A stretch of DNA of 64,000 bases, from assembly GCA_964468755.1 (NCBI GenBank), contig CAYXWH010000002.1, forward strand, positions 5,444 through 69,443, read 5' to 3'. The position numbers and the translations under genes were made by a program. Under the pieces are notes generated by a model that saw only the letters and a list, made by a program, of their open reading frames with translations, searched no databases and was not told the origin of the DNA. Origin of the DNA: an uncultured Dehalococcoidaceae bacterium. GTDB taxonomy: Bacteria > Chloroflexota > Dehalococcoidia > Dehalococcoidales > RBG-16-60-22. Below, one piece after another: positions 26,218-36,004 of the stretch (position 1 is the stretch's first letter; each line of letters opens with the position of its first letter).

Positions 26218-26246
26218 TTGATAAATAGATATGAATGTGCTATAGT
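26218..26246 (+). promoter_or_regulatory. Sigma70-type promoter for infC-rpmI-rplT (TTGATA-17-TGcTATAGT)
   Basis: TTGATA at 26218-26223, a 17-nt spacer ending in TGC, then TATAGT at 26241-26246. Confidence 0.5.
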
Positions 26247-26269
26247 TTTATTTCGTAAGACACCTGTGC

Positions 26270-26860
26270 TTGAAGGAGGTAAATAAGGACATAATTAAGC
26301 AACTGCGTGTTAATGACAGGATTACAGCCAAAGAGATACGTCTGGTGGGGGACAAAGGGGAGCAGTTAGGCGTTATGCCCTTAGCACAGGCACAGGAAAT
26401 GGCCAGGAGATCTGGCCTTGACCTCGTTGAGGTAGCTCCCACCGCAACACCGCCAGTATGCCGCATTCTCGACTACGGCAAATATAAATACCAGCAGGCT
26501 AAAAAAGAGCACGAAGCAAGGAAGAGCCAGAGGGTCTCCCTGCTGAGAGAAATCCGGCTGCGGCCTAAAATCGGCGAGCACGATTTTAACGCTAAAGGCA
26601 GAACTGCCCGAAAGTTGTTATCGAGCGGGGATAAGGTCAAGGTAACGGTGTTGTTTCGGGGACGTGAAATCACCCACCCCGAGCTTGGCTGGAAGCTGCT
26701 GCAACGGATGGCAGATTGGTTGAACGATGTTGCCGTGATGGACAGGCAGCCGGTACTCGAGGGCAAGCGGATGAACATAATTCTGGTACCGGGCGGCGCG
26801 GCAACCAAAAGCAAACACGAGGTAAAGGAAACTCAGAATGCCAAAACAGAAAACACATAA
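26270..26860 (+). CDS. infC: Translation initiation factor IF-3
   Basis: RVNDRITAKEIRLVGDKGEQLGVM...VCRILDYGKYKYQ... is canonical IF-3. The real start is probably non-canonical ATA 26291 or ATT 26294, downstream of SD GGAGG 26274-26278. Confidence 0.85.
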   Translation: MKEVNKDIIKQLRVNDRITAKEIRLVGDKGEQLGVMPLAQAQEMARRSGLDLVEVAPTATPPVCRILDYGKYKYQQAKKEHEARKSQRVSLLREIRLRPKIGEHDFNAKGRTARKLLSSGDKVKVTVLFRGREITHPELGWKLLQRMADWLNDVAVMDRQPVLEGKRMNIILVPGGAATKSKHEVKETQNAKTENT

Positions 26861-27041
26861 AGGGGCGAAAAGCCGCTTCCATATTACCGGCACCGGTAAA
26901 GTTATGCGGATTAAGGGCCCGAAAAGCCACCTGCGCCGTAACAAGACGAGGCGGGTAAAGCGGCTTTTTGACGAGAAAATACCGCTGAACCCCGCTGACC
27001 GGGTACGGATAAAGAGGTTAATACCCTACGGAGTGAAATAG
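26838..27041 (+). CDS. rpmI: 50S ribosomal protein L35
   Basis: MPKQKTHKGAKSRFHITGTGKVMR... is canonical L35. Overlaps the infC 3' end. Confidence 0.9.
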   Translation: MPKQKTHKGAKSRFHITGTGKVMRIKGPKSHLRRNKTRRVKRLFDEKIPLNPADRVRIKRLIPYGVK

Positions 27042-27058
27042 ACAGGAGGGAATGTCTT

Positions 27059-27418
27059 TTGCCAAGAATTAAGAGAGGGACCACCGTCCGTCGTCGACAT
27101 AAGAAGATACTGGCGATGACCAGGGGGCATCGAGGTGCCCGGCATTCCCTGTTTCGGACCGCCAATGAGTCACTGCTGAAATCCCTGAGCTATGCCTACC
27201 GCCATCGGCGCGAGCGTAAGGGCGATATGAGGCGCCTGTGGATTTCACGGATTAACGCCGCCAGTCGAGCTCACGGACTCACTTACGGTCAATTTATCGA
27301 CGGATTGAAAAAATCGGGGATTGAAATCAACCGCAAAATATTAGCCGAGATGGCAGTTTCCGAACCCGAAGCTATAGCTAACCTGGCGACTGTTGCCCGA
27401 GAGAAAGCCCAGAGCTAA
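27059..27418 (+). CDS. rplT: 50S ribosomal protein L20
   Basis: MPRIKRGTTVRRRHKKIL...YAYRHRRERKGDMRRLWI... is canonical L20. TTG start. Confidence 0.9.
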   Translation: MPRIKRGTTVRRRHKKILAMTRGHRGARHSLFRTANESLLKSLSYAYRHRRERKGDMRRLWISRINAASRAHGLTYGQFIDGLKKSGIEINRKILAEMAVSEPEAIANLATVAREKAQS

Positions 27419-27451
27419 ACCACCGGGTGTTGTCCAACCGGGCTTACTCAT

Positions 27452-27490
27452 ATTCCCCTTCCCACCAACCGGGGATGGGGAATTCTTCTT
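27452..27490 (+). terminator. Rho-independent terminator after rplT
   Basis: ATTCCCCTTCCC (27452-27463) pairs with GGGATGGGGAAT (27472-27483): 11 bp with one T:T mismatch and an 8-nt loop. The T-rich tail TCTTCTT follows. Confidence 0.6.
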
Positions 27491-27537
27491 GAAAGACCGG
27501 CTATTGGACGGAGAGAGAGCAGGGCAAAGGCACGACG

Positions 27538-28578
27538 ATGACAGCACAACTTGATGAGCTAGAGTCGAAAGCATTACAGGAACTGGCCGGTATTGACCAG
27601 GTTAAAGAGCTGGATACATGGCGGGTGCGCTACCTGGGTAAGAAGGGAGCGCTGACCGCCATACTGCGCAGCCTGTCATCGCTTTCCCTGGAAGAAAGAA
27701 AGACGGTGGGCAGCCGCGCCAACGAAGTGAAGAAGCTCCTTGAAGACAGCCTGAAACAGAAAGACCAGTCTTTACGAGAGACGCAGTTCACTGCTGACCG
27801 CCAAAAAGAAACCGTGGACGTTACCCTGCCCGGTCGGCCACTGCCGGTCGGTCACCTTCATCCCATCACCCAGACAATAAACGAAATGTGTGACATCTTT
27901 ATGTCCATGGGCTTTCAGGTCATGGGGGGACCCGACGTGGAGTGGGACAGCTATAACTTCGAGGCGCTCAATATCCCCGCCGAACACCCGTCCCGTGATA
28001 CCATGTCGACCTCATGGGTGGACTATCGAAACGAGAGCGACAATATGACCATGCTGCTACGCACCCATACCACATCAGTCACCGCCCGGGTGGTCGAGAC
28101 CATGACACCGCCGATACGGGTCATATATCCGGGTAAAGTCTACCGCTATGAAGCCAGTGACGCCACCCATGTCCCGATGTTCCACCAGATTGACGGATTT
28201 GCCGTTGATAAAGGCATTACCATGGCTGACCTCAAGGGAACGCTTTACGAGTTCGCCCGCCGCTTCTTCGGCGAGGAGCGGAAGGTCCGTTTCCGCTGTG
28301 ATTATTTTCCCTTCGTCGAGCCCGGCGTGGAGATGGCTATCGAATGTTTGAACTGCCGCGGCAGTGGCTGCCGGCTGTGCGGCTACAGCGGCTGGATAGA
28401 AATACTGGGTGCCGGCATGACCCACCCCAAGGTGCTGGAGCGCGGCGGCATCGACTCCAAGGCATATGGCAGCTTTGCCTTTGGTATTGGCATTGACCGG
28501 CTGCCCATGCTCCGCTACGGGATTGATGATGTGAGGCTGTTTTACGGTAACGACCTCCGATTTTTAAGACAGTTCTAG
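27538..28578 (+). CDS. pheS: Phenylalanyl-tRNA synthetase alpha subunit
   Basis: Coiled N-terminus, HPITQ, LLRTHTTSV and FRCDYFPFVEPG class II motifs. Confidence 0.9.
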   Translation: MTAQLDELESKALQELAGIDQVKELDTWRVRYLGKKGALTAILRSLSSLSLEERKTVGSRANEVKKLLEDSLKQKDQSLRETQFTADRQKETVDVTLPGRPLPVGHLHPITQTINEMCDIFMSMGFQVMGGPDVEWDSYNFEALNIPAEHPSRDTMSTSWVDYRNESDNMTMLLRTHTTSVTARVVETMTPPIRVIYPGKVYRYEASDATHVPMFHQIDGFAVDKGITMADLKGTLYEFARRFFGEERKVRFRCDYFPFVEPGVEMAIECLNCRGSGCRLCGYSGWIEILGAGMTHPKVLERGGIDSKAYGSFAFGIGIDRLPMLRYGIDDVRLFYGNDLRFLRQF

Positions 28579-28588
28579 GATTGAAGCA

Positions 28589-30994
28589 ATGAAAGTCCCA
28601 TTGAGCTGGTTAAAGGAATATGTGGATATCACGCTGCCACCCGCGGAGATAGCGGAACGGCTGACCATGGCTGGCAGCGAGGTCAAGGGGATGCAGGTCA
28701 TCGGCGGTAGCTGGGAGAACATTGTTATCGGCCGGATAACGGCGGTTGACCCCCACCCCAACGCCGACCGCCTCCGCCTGACCACCGTAGACCTGGGCAC
28801 CGAAAAGGAGACCGTGGTCTGCGGCGCTCCCAACCTCAATGTCGGCGACAATATCGCTTTTGCCCGTGTCGGGGCACAGCTTATCGACCCGTATAAAGGC
28901 AACATGGTACGGCTGACGCCGGCAAAGATTCGCGGCGTGGTCTCCCGCGGTATGGTCTGTTCGGAAAAAGAACTGGGCATATCCGACAGCCATGAAGGCA
29001 TCATGGTCCTGCCAACGGAGCTACCGGTAGGCGCCCCGCTCGCGGATTACCTGGGGGATACCGTCCTGGATATTGATGTCACCCCCAACCGCCCCGACTG
29101 TCTTTCGGTAATCGGCATCGCCAGAGAAGTGGCGGCACTTACCGGACAAAGCACCCATATCCCGGAAATTGCCTACGCCGAAACCGGGCTACCCATAGAC
29201 GAGCAAATATCAGTGGAAATCATTGACGCTGACCTGTGCGCCCGCTACTGCGCCAGCCTGATAACCGGCATCAAGATAGTCGAGTCCCCGCGCTGGATGC
29301 AGGAACGGCTTGTCGCCTGCGGCATGCGTCCGATAAACAACATAGTTGATATTACCAACTACATAATGCTGGAATACGGGCAGCCCCTGCACTCCTTCGA
29401 CTATGAAAAAATCAGGGACAGGAAAATCATTGTCCGCCGGGCGCAAAACGGGGAGATGATTGAAAGCCTCGATGGGGTAGAACGAACACTGTCCCCCGAT
29501 ATGCTGGTCATCGCTGATGCCGGGCGGGCGGTGGCTATCGCCGGGGTAATGGGCGGCGCCAACAGCGAGGTAACTGAAAACACAACCTCGATATTGCTGG
29601 AAGCCGCCAGCTTTAAACCGGCCAGCATTCACTATACCGCCGCCAGGTTACAGCTTGCCAGTGAAGCCTCGATGCGTTTTGAGCGTGGCATCCGCCCCGG
29701 ACTGACCATCCCCGCCCTGAAACACGCCACCCGCCTGATTGCCGAGTTGGGCGGTGGCAAAGTCGCCGGGGGCATCGCCGATGTCTACCCGGGGGAAACG
29801 GAGCCGGAACCGATAAGGCTGTCCACCAGCCAGGCTACACGAATTTCCGGCGTGGAGTTCAGCCTGAAGCAGATAACCGAAACGCTGACATACCTTGGCT
29901 TTAATGTCAGCTCCGCCGGTAACGATACTGAAGTCCTGGTCACCGCTCCCTACTGGCGAAATGATATCAGCCTGGAAGTCGACCTTATCGAGGAAGTCGC
30001 CCGCATCGTCGGCTATGACCGGATTCCCATGACCATGCTCAGCGAGCCGATACCCCCGCACAACCCCGACCCGCTCCCCGGCTTTACCCGGAAAGTAAGG
30101 AATTGCCTGGTGGGTCACGGCTTTCAGGAGCTTGTCACCTATTCACTGGTCGGCTGGGATACGCTACTCAAGCTACTTCCGGAAACCGGACAACCGGAAC
30201 CGGTGCCACTGCGTTTAGCCAATCCAATGACCGCCGAGCAGGAATATCTGCGGCCAAACCTCCGTGCCAACCTGCTCACCGCCCTGGCGAGCAACCGGCG
30301 GTATGAAGACGGCACAATACGACTCTTTGAGCTGGGCAAAGTATACCTGCCCCGCGAGAAAGAGCTTCCTGAAGAGCCGGAGTTCCTCTGCGCCGTGATA
30401 AGCGGTGCCAGAGTCGAGGAATCATGGCTGGGCGAGGCGCAGCCGCCGGGCTTCTTTGATACCAAGGGTATTGTCGAGAACCTGCTCGGCAATTTACAAG
30501 TGAACGCTGACTTTGAGCCGTCTCATGACCAGAGCCTGCACCCGTCCCGGCAAGCCGCCGTCATCATTGGTGGGAACCGATTGGGAATACTCGGTGAAGT
30601 CCACCCCAGGGTTATTGAGGCGTTCGACCTTGAAGATAAAACTTACCTGTTTGAACTCAATGTGAAGGCGCTGCTGCCATTCGTCAGCGAGCACAGAATG
30701 TACCAGCCGGTCCCCCGCTTCCCCGGCATTGTCCGCGATATCGCCCTGACTGTTGATTTGGAAACGAGCCACCGCCGGATTGAGGAGATTATCCGCGGTT
30801 TCCCGCTGGTAAGCGGAGTCACCGTCTTCGACGTATACACGGGAAAGCAGGTGCCACCGGGGAAGAAATCCCTCGCCTATCGCATTGTCTACCGGTCACC
30901 GGAACATACGCTGGTTGATGACGAGGTGAACAAAGTCCAGGAGAAAATCCTGAAGCAGCTCTCCCGACAACTCGGAGCTACCCTGCGCGCTTGA
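28589..30994 (+). CDS. pheT: Phenylalanyl-tRNA synthetase beta subunit
   Basis: MKVPLSWLKEYVD N-terminus, tRNA-binding domain (HPNADRLRL), and B3/4, B5 and FDX-ACB regions. 801 aa. Confidence 0.9.
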   Translation: MKVPLSWLKEYVDITLPPAEIAERLTMAGSEVKGMQVIGGSWENIVIGRITAVDPHPNADRLRLTTVDLGTEKETVVCGAPNLNVGDNIAFARVGAQLIDPYKGNMVRLTPAKIRGVVSRGMVCSEKELGISDSHEGIMVLPTELPVGAPLADYLGDTVLDIDVTPNRPDCLSVIGIAREVAALTGQSTHIPEIAYAETGLPIDEQISVEIIDADLCARYCASLITGIKIVESPRWMQERLVACGMRPINNIVDITNYIMLEYGQPLHSFDYEKIRDRKIIVRRAQNGEMIESLDGVERTLSPDMLVIADAGRAVAIAGVMGGANSEVTENTTSILLEAASFKPASIHYTAARLQLASEASMRFERGIRPGLTIPALKHATRLIAELGGGKVAGGIADVYPGETEPEPIRLSTSQATRISGVEFSLKQITETLTYLGFNVSSAGNDTEVLVTAPYWRNDISLEVDLIEEVARIVGYDRIPMTMLSEPIPPHNPDPLPGFTRKVRNCLVGHGFQELVTYSLVGWDTLLKLLPETGQPEPVPLRLANPMTAEQEYLRPNLRANLLTALASNRRYEDGTIRLFELGKVYLPREKELPEEPEFLCAVISGARVEESWLGEAQPPGFFDTKGIVENLLGNLQVNADFEPSHDQSLHPSRQAAVIIGGNRLGILGEVHPRVIEAFDLEDKTYLFELNVKALLPFVSEHRMYQPVPRFPGIVRDIALTVDLETSHRRIEEIIRGFPLVSGVTVFDVYTGKQVPPGKKSLAYRIVYRSPEHTLVDDEVNKVQEKILKQLSRQLGATLRA

Positions 30995-31012
30995 GAAACA
31001 GCCAGCAGACAA

Positions 31013-32716
31013 CTACGCTGCGCTTGACGCCATCTCCTTAATCCTGGCTACCACTGCCTCCAGCGGCACCAGTTCCGCTTCCTTTTCCGAGCGCTTCTTT
31101 ATTTCCACACTATCATTCTTCAGGCTGCGCGGGCTGATGGTAAGCCGTAACGGTATCCCGACCAGGTCGGCATCATTGAACTTGATGCCAGCCGATTCCT
31201 GCCGGTCGTCGAAAAGCACTTCCAGCCCCTCCGCCTCAAGCTCAGCATAGAGCTTCTCGGTAACCCCGGCAACGTCCGACCCTTCCCGGTAGAGGGGACA
31301 GAGGTAGATTTGGTACGGAGCTATCGGCATGGGCCAGATGATGCCCTGGTCATCATGGCTTTGCTCGATGGCGGCGGATAGCAGCCGGCCAACACCTATC
31401 CCGTAGCACCCCATTACCAGGGGGCGGGATACGCCCTTCTCATCGATATAGAACGCGCCCAGCTTCTCGCTGAAAAAGGTGCCCAGCTTGAAAATATGGC
31501 CGACCTCGATACCAAAGAGCGAAGCCAGCCTGCCCCCACACCCGCTACATACCTGCCCGGCACGGGCTCGGGCAATGTCCGCCACTACATCCGCAGTGAA
31601 GTCGCGCGGGAAGTTGACGTTTTTACAGTGGGTATCCGGCTTGTTGCCTCCGGCGACTAAGTTGGTACCGGTATTCAGGGAATCATCGGCAATCACCCTG
31701 ATATCTTTGAGACCTATCGGGGAAGCGGCACCGGGGACAATGCCTGCCGCCGTCACCTCATCTTCGGTAGCCATACGCAGCTCAACGCCACCAAGTACAT
31801 TCTTCAGCTTTATCTCGTTAACCTCAAGGTCGCCACGGATAGCCACGAAGATAAGCTCGCCATCGGCTACGTAGAAAACCGCCTTGATGGTCTGGCTTGA
31901 CGGTACCCCGAGAAAGCCGGAAACCTCTTCAATGGTCGCCATACCCGGCGTGGCTACCTCTTCCAGTGGCAGGGGGGCACCGCTCCCGGCGCTTTCTTTC
32001 ACGCTCTGCGCCTTCTCCGCATTGGCGGCATAGTTGCACTGAGGACAGTAGATGACTTCATCCTCACCGTTTTCAGCGACCAGCATGAACTCATGGGAAT
32101 CCTTGCCGCCGATGGCACCGCTATCCGCTTCCACCAGGAGAGCCGGTAGGCCGCAGCGAGCGTAGATATTCTTGTATGCCTGAAGCATCTTCCGGTAGCT
32201 CTCATCCAGTCCGGATTCATCGGCATCAAAGCTATAGAGGTCTTTCATGGGAAACTCACGTACCCGTATCAACCCGCCCCGCGGCCGGGGCTCATCGCGG
32301 AACTTGGTCTGTATCTGGTAGAGAAGCAAGGGCAGGTCACGGTAGCTCTGCACATTGCGACTGACCAGCTGGGTGATAACCTCTTCATGGGTTGGCCCCA
32401 GTGCCAGCTTGCGCTCCCGGCGGTCAAACAGGGTAAACAGTCCCTTGCCGAAAGCCCGGTCACGCCCTGTCTCCTGCCACATCTCCAGCGGCTGCAGCAC
32501 CGGCATACTCAGCTCCTGACCGCCCGCCCTGTCCATTTCCTCGCGGATTATATTCTCTATCTTTTTGAGCACCCGCCATGCCAGCGGCAGATAGGAGTAT
32601 ACCCCGGCGGCCAGCTGGCTTATCATTCCCGCCCGCAGCATCAACTGGTGGCTGACCGACTCCGCCTCCGCCGGCACCTCGCGCAAAGTTTTACCAAATA
32701 GCTTCGATACCCGCAC
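31013..32716 (-). CDS. proS: Prolyl-tRNA synthetase (bacterial type with INS editing domain)
   Basis: MRVSKLFGKTLREVPAEAE..SHQLMLRAG N-terminus, class II motifs and an inserted editing domain. 567 aa. Confidence 0.9.
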   Translation of the reverse strand: MRVSKLFGKTLREVPAEAESVSHQLMLRAGMISQLAAGVYSYLPLAWRVLKKIENIIREEMDRAGGQELSMPVLQPLEMWQETGRDRAFGKGLFTLFDRRERKLALGPTHEEVITQLVSRNVQSYRDLPLLLYQIQTKFRDEPRPRGGLIRVREFPMKDLYSFDADESGLDESYRKMLQAYKNIYARCGLPALLVEADSGAIGGKDSHEFMLVAENGEDEVIYCPQCNYAANAEKAQSVKESAGSGAPLPLEEVATPGMATIEEVSGFLGVPSSQTIKAVFYVADGELIFVAIRGDLEVNEIKLKNVLGGVELRMATEDEVTAAGIVPGAASPIGLKDIRVIADDSLNTGTNLVAGGNKPDTHCKNVNFPRDFTADVVADIARARAGQVCSGCGGRLASLFGIEVGHIFKLGTFFSEKLGAFYIDEKGVSRPLVMGCYGIGVGRLLSAAIEQSHDDQGIIWPMPIAPYQIYLCPLYREGSDVAGVTEKLYAELEAEGLEVLFDDRQESAGIKFNDADLVGIPLRLTISPRSLKNDSVEIKKRSEKEAELVPLEAVVARIKEMASSAA

Positions 32717-32794
32717 TTTATCACTCCATCAGATTATTGATTTAGGCTACTGCTAATTCGATACCGACCGGTATCCTTATACTTATCTTTACCC

Positions 32795-33730
32795 TCAACC
32801 ACCGCACAAGGTGGCCAGAGCGTTCATCTCCATGATCATATCGTACATGGTCAATTCCTGACTGTCTATCAGCTCCTGCAATTGCAGGTATCTCGCCTCC
32901 TTCTCATCCACTATCCCCTGCTGCGCTTCTATCCCGGATTCAAAGAGCTGCGATTCAGTGGTAACCGAATTACCAAAATATTTGCTGTTGAATTCGTCAA
33001 CGAGTCTATTATACTCATCAACCGCCTCTTGATAGCCGGAATATGCGCCCTTCGCAGCCTCCTGCAATTCTACTATTATGTCAACTCTTACATTATACTC
33101 CCGCCTTAGCTCGGCATATCGCTTGTATTCCTTGGGACTGGGAAAAGACCAGCCCCGGTAATACAGGGCGTTCTCTTCCCTGGTCACTACCCTGCCCGAG
33201 GTTGTTTCCAGTGCCAGGTTCTGCCCGGGAGCTACTTCGGCAACCACCCACGAGTGGTTGGAATCAACCAGGTCCCCGACGCCGGTTTCCACATTGCCCA
33301 CCTGGATGACAGCGGCAATGCCGTAGGTTTTTAACATGTTCCAGACATCCGCCGCCATGTCGGCGCAGACGAAGAAATCGGTGGTGCTGTAGGTATGTGT
33401 CTCATGGTAATGCCTGACGATATTAGCCGCCGTCTCCGCCGGCGTTTCCCCCACCAGTTCATTCGCCTTCCGGGGAACACCCGCCTGGCTTTCCATCTCG
33501 GCAACCCGCAGCTGCGCCGCTTTTAGCCGGGCGTCAATGTCCTCGTTCTCTTCCCGGAGGTCATTTATTTCACCCTGCAGGTCACCAATCTGCGACTGTG
33601 CCGCTTCGAGCTTGGTCTTAAGATAATCATAAGATTGTTGAGAAACGCCGCCGCCCCCACACCCGTACAGCAGACCGGTGAGTAATATCACTACCAGGGG
33701 TATTAGGATTGTTTTATAGTTTTTTCTCAT
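32795..33730 (-). CDS. Lipoprotein with coiled-coil flanks and a possible transglutaminase-like Cys/His core
   Basis: Signal peptide ending LLYGC (lipobox). Heptad-like Q/E/L-rich segments at both ends. Central FFVCADMAADVW...NHSWVVAEV...LALETT resembles a Cys-His-acid papain/transglutaminase-like arrangement (weak call). Confidence 0.5.
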   Translation of the reverse strand: MRKNYKTILIPLVVILLTGLLYGCGGGGVSQQSYDYLKTKLEAAQSQIGDLQGEINDLREENEDIDARLKAAQLRVAEMESQAGVPRKANELVGETPAETAANIVRHYHETHTYSTTDFFVCADMAADVWNMLKTYGIAAVIQVGNVETGVGDLVDSNHSWVVAEVAPGQNLALETTSGRVVTREENALYYRGWSFPSPKEYKRYAELRREYNVRVDIIVELQEAAKGAYSGYQEAVDEYNRLVDEFNSKYFGNSVTTESQLFESGIEAQQGIVDEKEARYLQLQELIDSQELTMYDMIMEMNALATLCGG

Positions 33731-33899
33731 TCTTAACCCTGATATTTTACAACCCTCCTCCGGTGTCCCCCACCCCCGGTAAGTAAGGGGGAGGGATTCT
33801 AAGAGGGGCCGGCGCTCCTCCGGGACACTCCGTAAAGCAAGGTCGTTTATCTCCGGAGCTCTTTACCCGGATTACGCCACCATTCACCAGGAAATCTCC

Positions 33900-34946
33900 T
33901 CACAGCTTCTCCACTTCCCTCATCAGCACACTTAGCAAATCCTTCTCATCCACCACCCCCACCTTCTCCCCCTTCTTGAAGAGAACGCCTTTGCCCTTGC
34001 CACAGGCAATGCCGACATCGGCGTCTCTGGCTTCGCCGGGGCCGTTGACCACGCAGCCCATTACCGCCACCTTTAGCGGCTTATCTATCTTTACCAGTTG
34101 CTCTTCCACCTCCCCGACCAATCGCACAACATCTACCTCGGTCCGGCCGCAGGTGGGGCAGCTGACCAGCACCGGCCCGTGCTGGCGCAGGTTCAGGCTC
34201 TTCAATATCTCATAGCCGGCAATGACCTCTTCCCCGGGATGCGCCGTCAGGGACACCCGTATGGTGTCACCGATGCCCAGCCAGAGCAGCGCGCCGACGC
34301 CCACGGCACTGCGGATAATCCCCGTTCGCGGCGGGCCAGCCTCGGTAATGCCAATATGCAGCGGGTATGGAATCTTTTCGGCAAGACTGCGGTACGCCTC
34401 AATCGTAGCCGGCACATCAAAGGCTTTCAGGGAAACTTTTATCAGGTCGAAGTCAACGCTCTCCAGCAAACCTATCTCCTTCAGAGCCGCATTGACCATA
34501 TTGTCGGCAAGGCCAAGATTCGGGTCAGCGGTTTTGGGCATACTGCCGGCATTCACGCCGATTCGAATGGGGACATGCCGTTCTTTCGCCGCCATTGCCA
34601 CCTGCTTTATCTTCTCCGGGTCGGCAATATTTCCCGGGTTCAGGCGCAGACCGTCAACACCGGCTTCCAGCGATTGTAATGCCAGACGATGGTCAAAGTG
34701 GATATCGGCAATAATGGGCAGGGAGACCCCTTGTTTTATCCTTGCCAGCGCCTGAGCAGCTTCATCATCGGGCACTGCCAGCCGCACCAGCTCGCACCCG
34801 CACTCCTCCAGCTCCTTTATCTGCCGCACCGTAGCCCTGACATCTCGCGTGTCCGTTTTGGTCATCGACTGTACCACGATGGGGGCGTCGCCACCCACGG
34901 TTACCCCGCCAATGTGGACAGGTTTGCTATTTCGTCGCGATATCAT
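33900..34946 (-). CDS. ispG: 4-hydroxy-3-methylbut-2-en-1-yl diphosphate synthase
   Basis: VHIGGVTVGGDAPIVVQSMT, LRLNPGN and CPTCGRT motifs. ATG 34946 overlaps the rseP stop in an ATGA junction. Confidence 0.9.
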   Translation of the reverse strand: MISRRNSKPVHIGGVTVGGDAPIVVQSMTKTDTRDVRATVRQIKELEECGCELVRLAVPDDEAAQALARIKQGVSLPIIADIHFDHRLALQSLEAGVDGLRLNPGNIADPEKIKQVAMAAKERHVPIRIGVNAGSMPKTADPNLGLADNMVNAALKEIGLLESVDFDLIKVSLKAFDVPATIEAYRSLAEKIPYPLHIGITEAGPPRTGIIRSAVGVGALLWLGIGDTIRVSLTAHPGEEVIAGYEILKSLNLRQHGPVLVSCPTCGRTEVDVVRLVGEVEEQLVKIDKPLKVAVMGCVVNGPGEARDADVGIACGKGKGVLFKKGEKVGVVDEKDLLSVLMREVEKL

Positions 34947-36004
34947 GGTATCAGGCTCCCTCCGGTAAAGATTCGCAGGATATCCTGGTAAGTAACTAAT
35001 AACATGGCGCATATCAGCAGGAGGAAACCGGCCGTGTGGACTATTCTTTCTATGTGCGGCGAGACACGCTTACCCCGCCGCAGCCACTCCAGAATTACAA
35101 AGACTATCCTGCCCCCATCCAGAGCCGGTATGGGGAAGAGATTGACTATCGCCAGGTTAATACTGAAAAAGGCGGTAAATTCCAGCAGCGAACTTAACCC
35201 CGTCCTGGCAGCCTCACCGGTAATCTGAGCAATCCCCACCGGCCCGGCAATCACTGCCGGGACCGTACCGATAAACATGGAGATAATGACATTCTTGAAC
35301 AGGATAAAGGTATCATAGCACTCCACAAACGCCATCGGGATTGCCCGCCAGAAGGGGAAGCTCTCCCGGACCACGACAGGATCGAGTGTCCTGATGACAA
35401 CGCCAATGGCTCCCTCACCTTCCGGAGGCCGCCACCGCGGCACCACCCGAATCTCCTCGGTAACATCACTGCCGTGACGGACAAGTATCGCCACCTCGCT
35501 GCCCAGGTTCGACTGAATAGCCCGGTGCAGGTCGGTATTATTACGCACCAGGTCGCCGTCGACCTTTAGAATGGTATCACCGGCTTCCATCCCGGCCAGC
35601 GCCGCCGGGGAGCCGGCAGCCACCTCGTCTAATACTACCTGCCCGGTTGCCACATTGTGAGGAACCATGAACGCAATGGCAAAAAGCAGCAGCGGCAGCA
35701 AAGCATTCATCACCGAGCCGGCAGCCAGCACCGCTATCCGTACACCCGGACGCTTGCTGGCCAGGCTGCCGGGAATACCGGGGTCTTCCTCACCGGCCAG
35801 CTTGACAAATCCGCCAATCGGCACCACGTTGAGTGAATACCTGGTCTTGCCCCGCTTTATCGAAAACAACCGGGGCGGGAAACCGATACCAAACTCTTCA
35901 ACGGTTACCCCGAATGCTCGTGCCGTAACAAAATGCCCGATTTCATGGGCAAGGACCAGAACCACCAGAACCGCGAAAAAGGCTACTACGGTCAACAGCA
36001 TCAA
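34943..36004 (-). CDS. rseP: RIP metalloprotease RseP (site-2 protease, M50) with PDZ domain
   Basis: HEIGHF zinc motif at the N-terminus, a PDZ-like middle and NLFPIPALDGG near the C-terminus. The start overlaps the dxr stop (ATGA). Confidence 0.85.
   Translation of the reverse strand: MMLLTVVAFFAVLVVLVLAHEIGHFVTARAFGVTVEEFGIGFPPRLFSIKRGKTRYSLNVVPIGGFVKLAGEEDPGIPGSLASKRPGVRIAVLAAGSVMNALLPLLLFAIAFMVPHNVATGQVVLDEVAAGSPAALAGMEAGDTILKVDGDLVRNNTDLHRAIQSNLGSEVAILVRHGSDVTEEIRVVPRWRPPEGEGAIGVVIRTLDPVVVRESFPFWRAIPMAFVECYDTFILFKNVIISMFIGTVPAVIAGPVGIAQITGEAARTGLSSLLEFTAFFSINLAIVNLFPIPALDGGRIVFVILEWLRRGKRVSPHIERIVHTAGFLLLICAMLLVTYQDILRIFTGGSLIP

Noticed and set aside
27419-27537. Looked for T-box or leader-peptide control upstream of pheS, and also of proS and metG.
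   Set aside because: The pheS spacer is explained by the rplT terminator plus a short UTR. It has no Phe-rich mini-ORF and no T-box-sized leader. The proS and metG spacers are under 80 nt.
33767-33795. C5-A-C5 / G5-A-G3 tracts considered as a G-quadruplex.
   Set aside because: Only three G-runs of three or more are present on the relevant strand. A simple hairpin explains the complementarity better.
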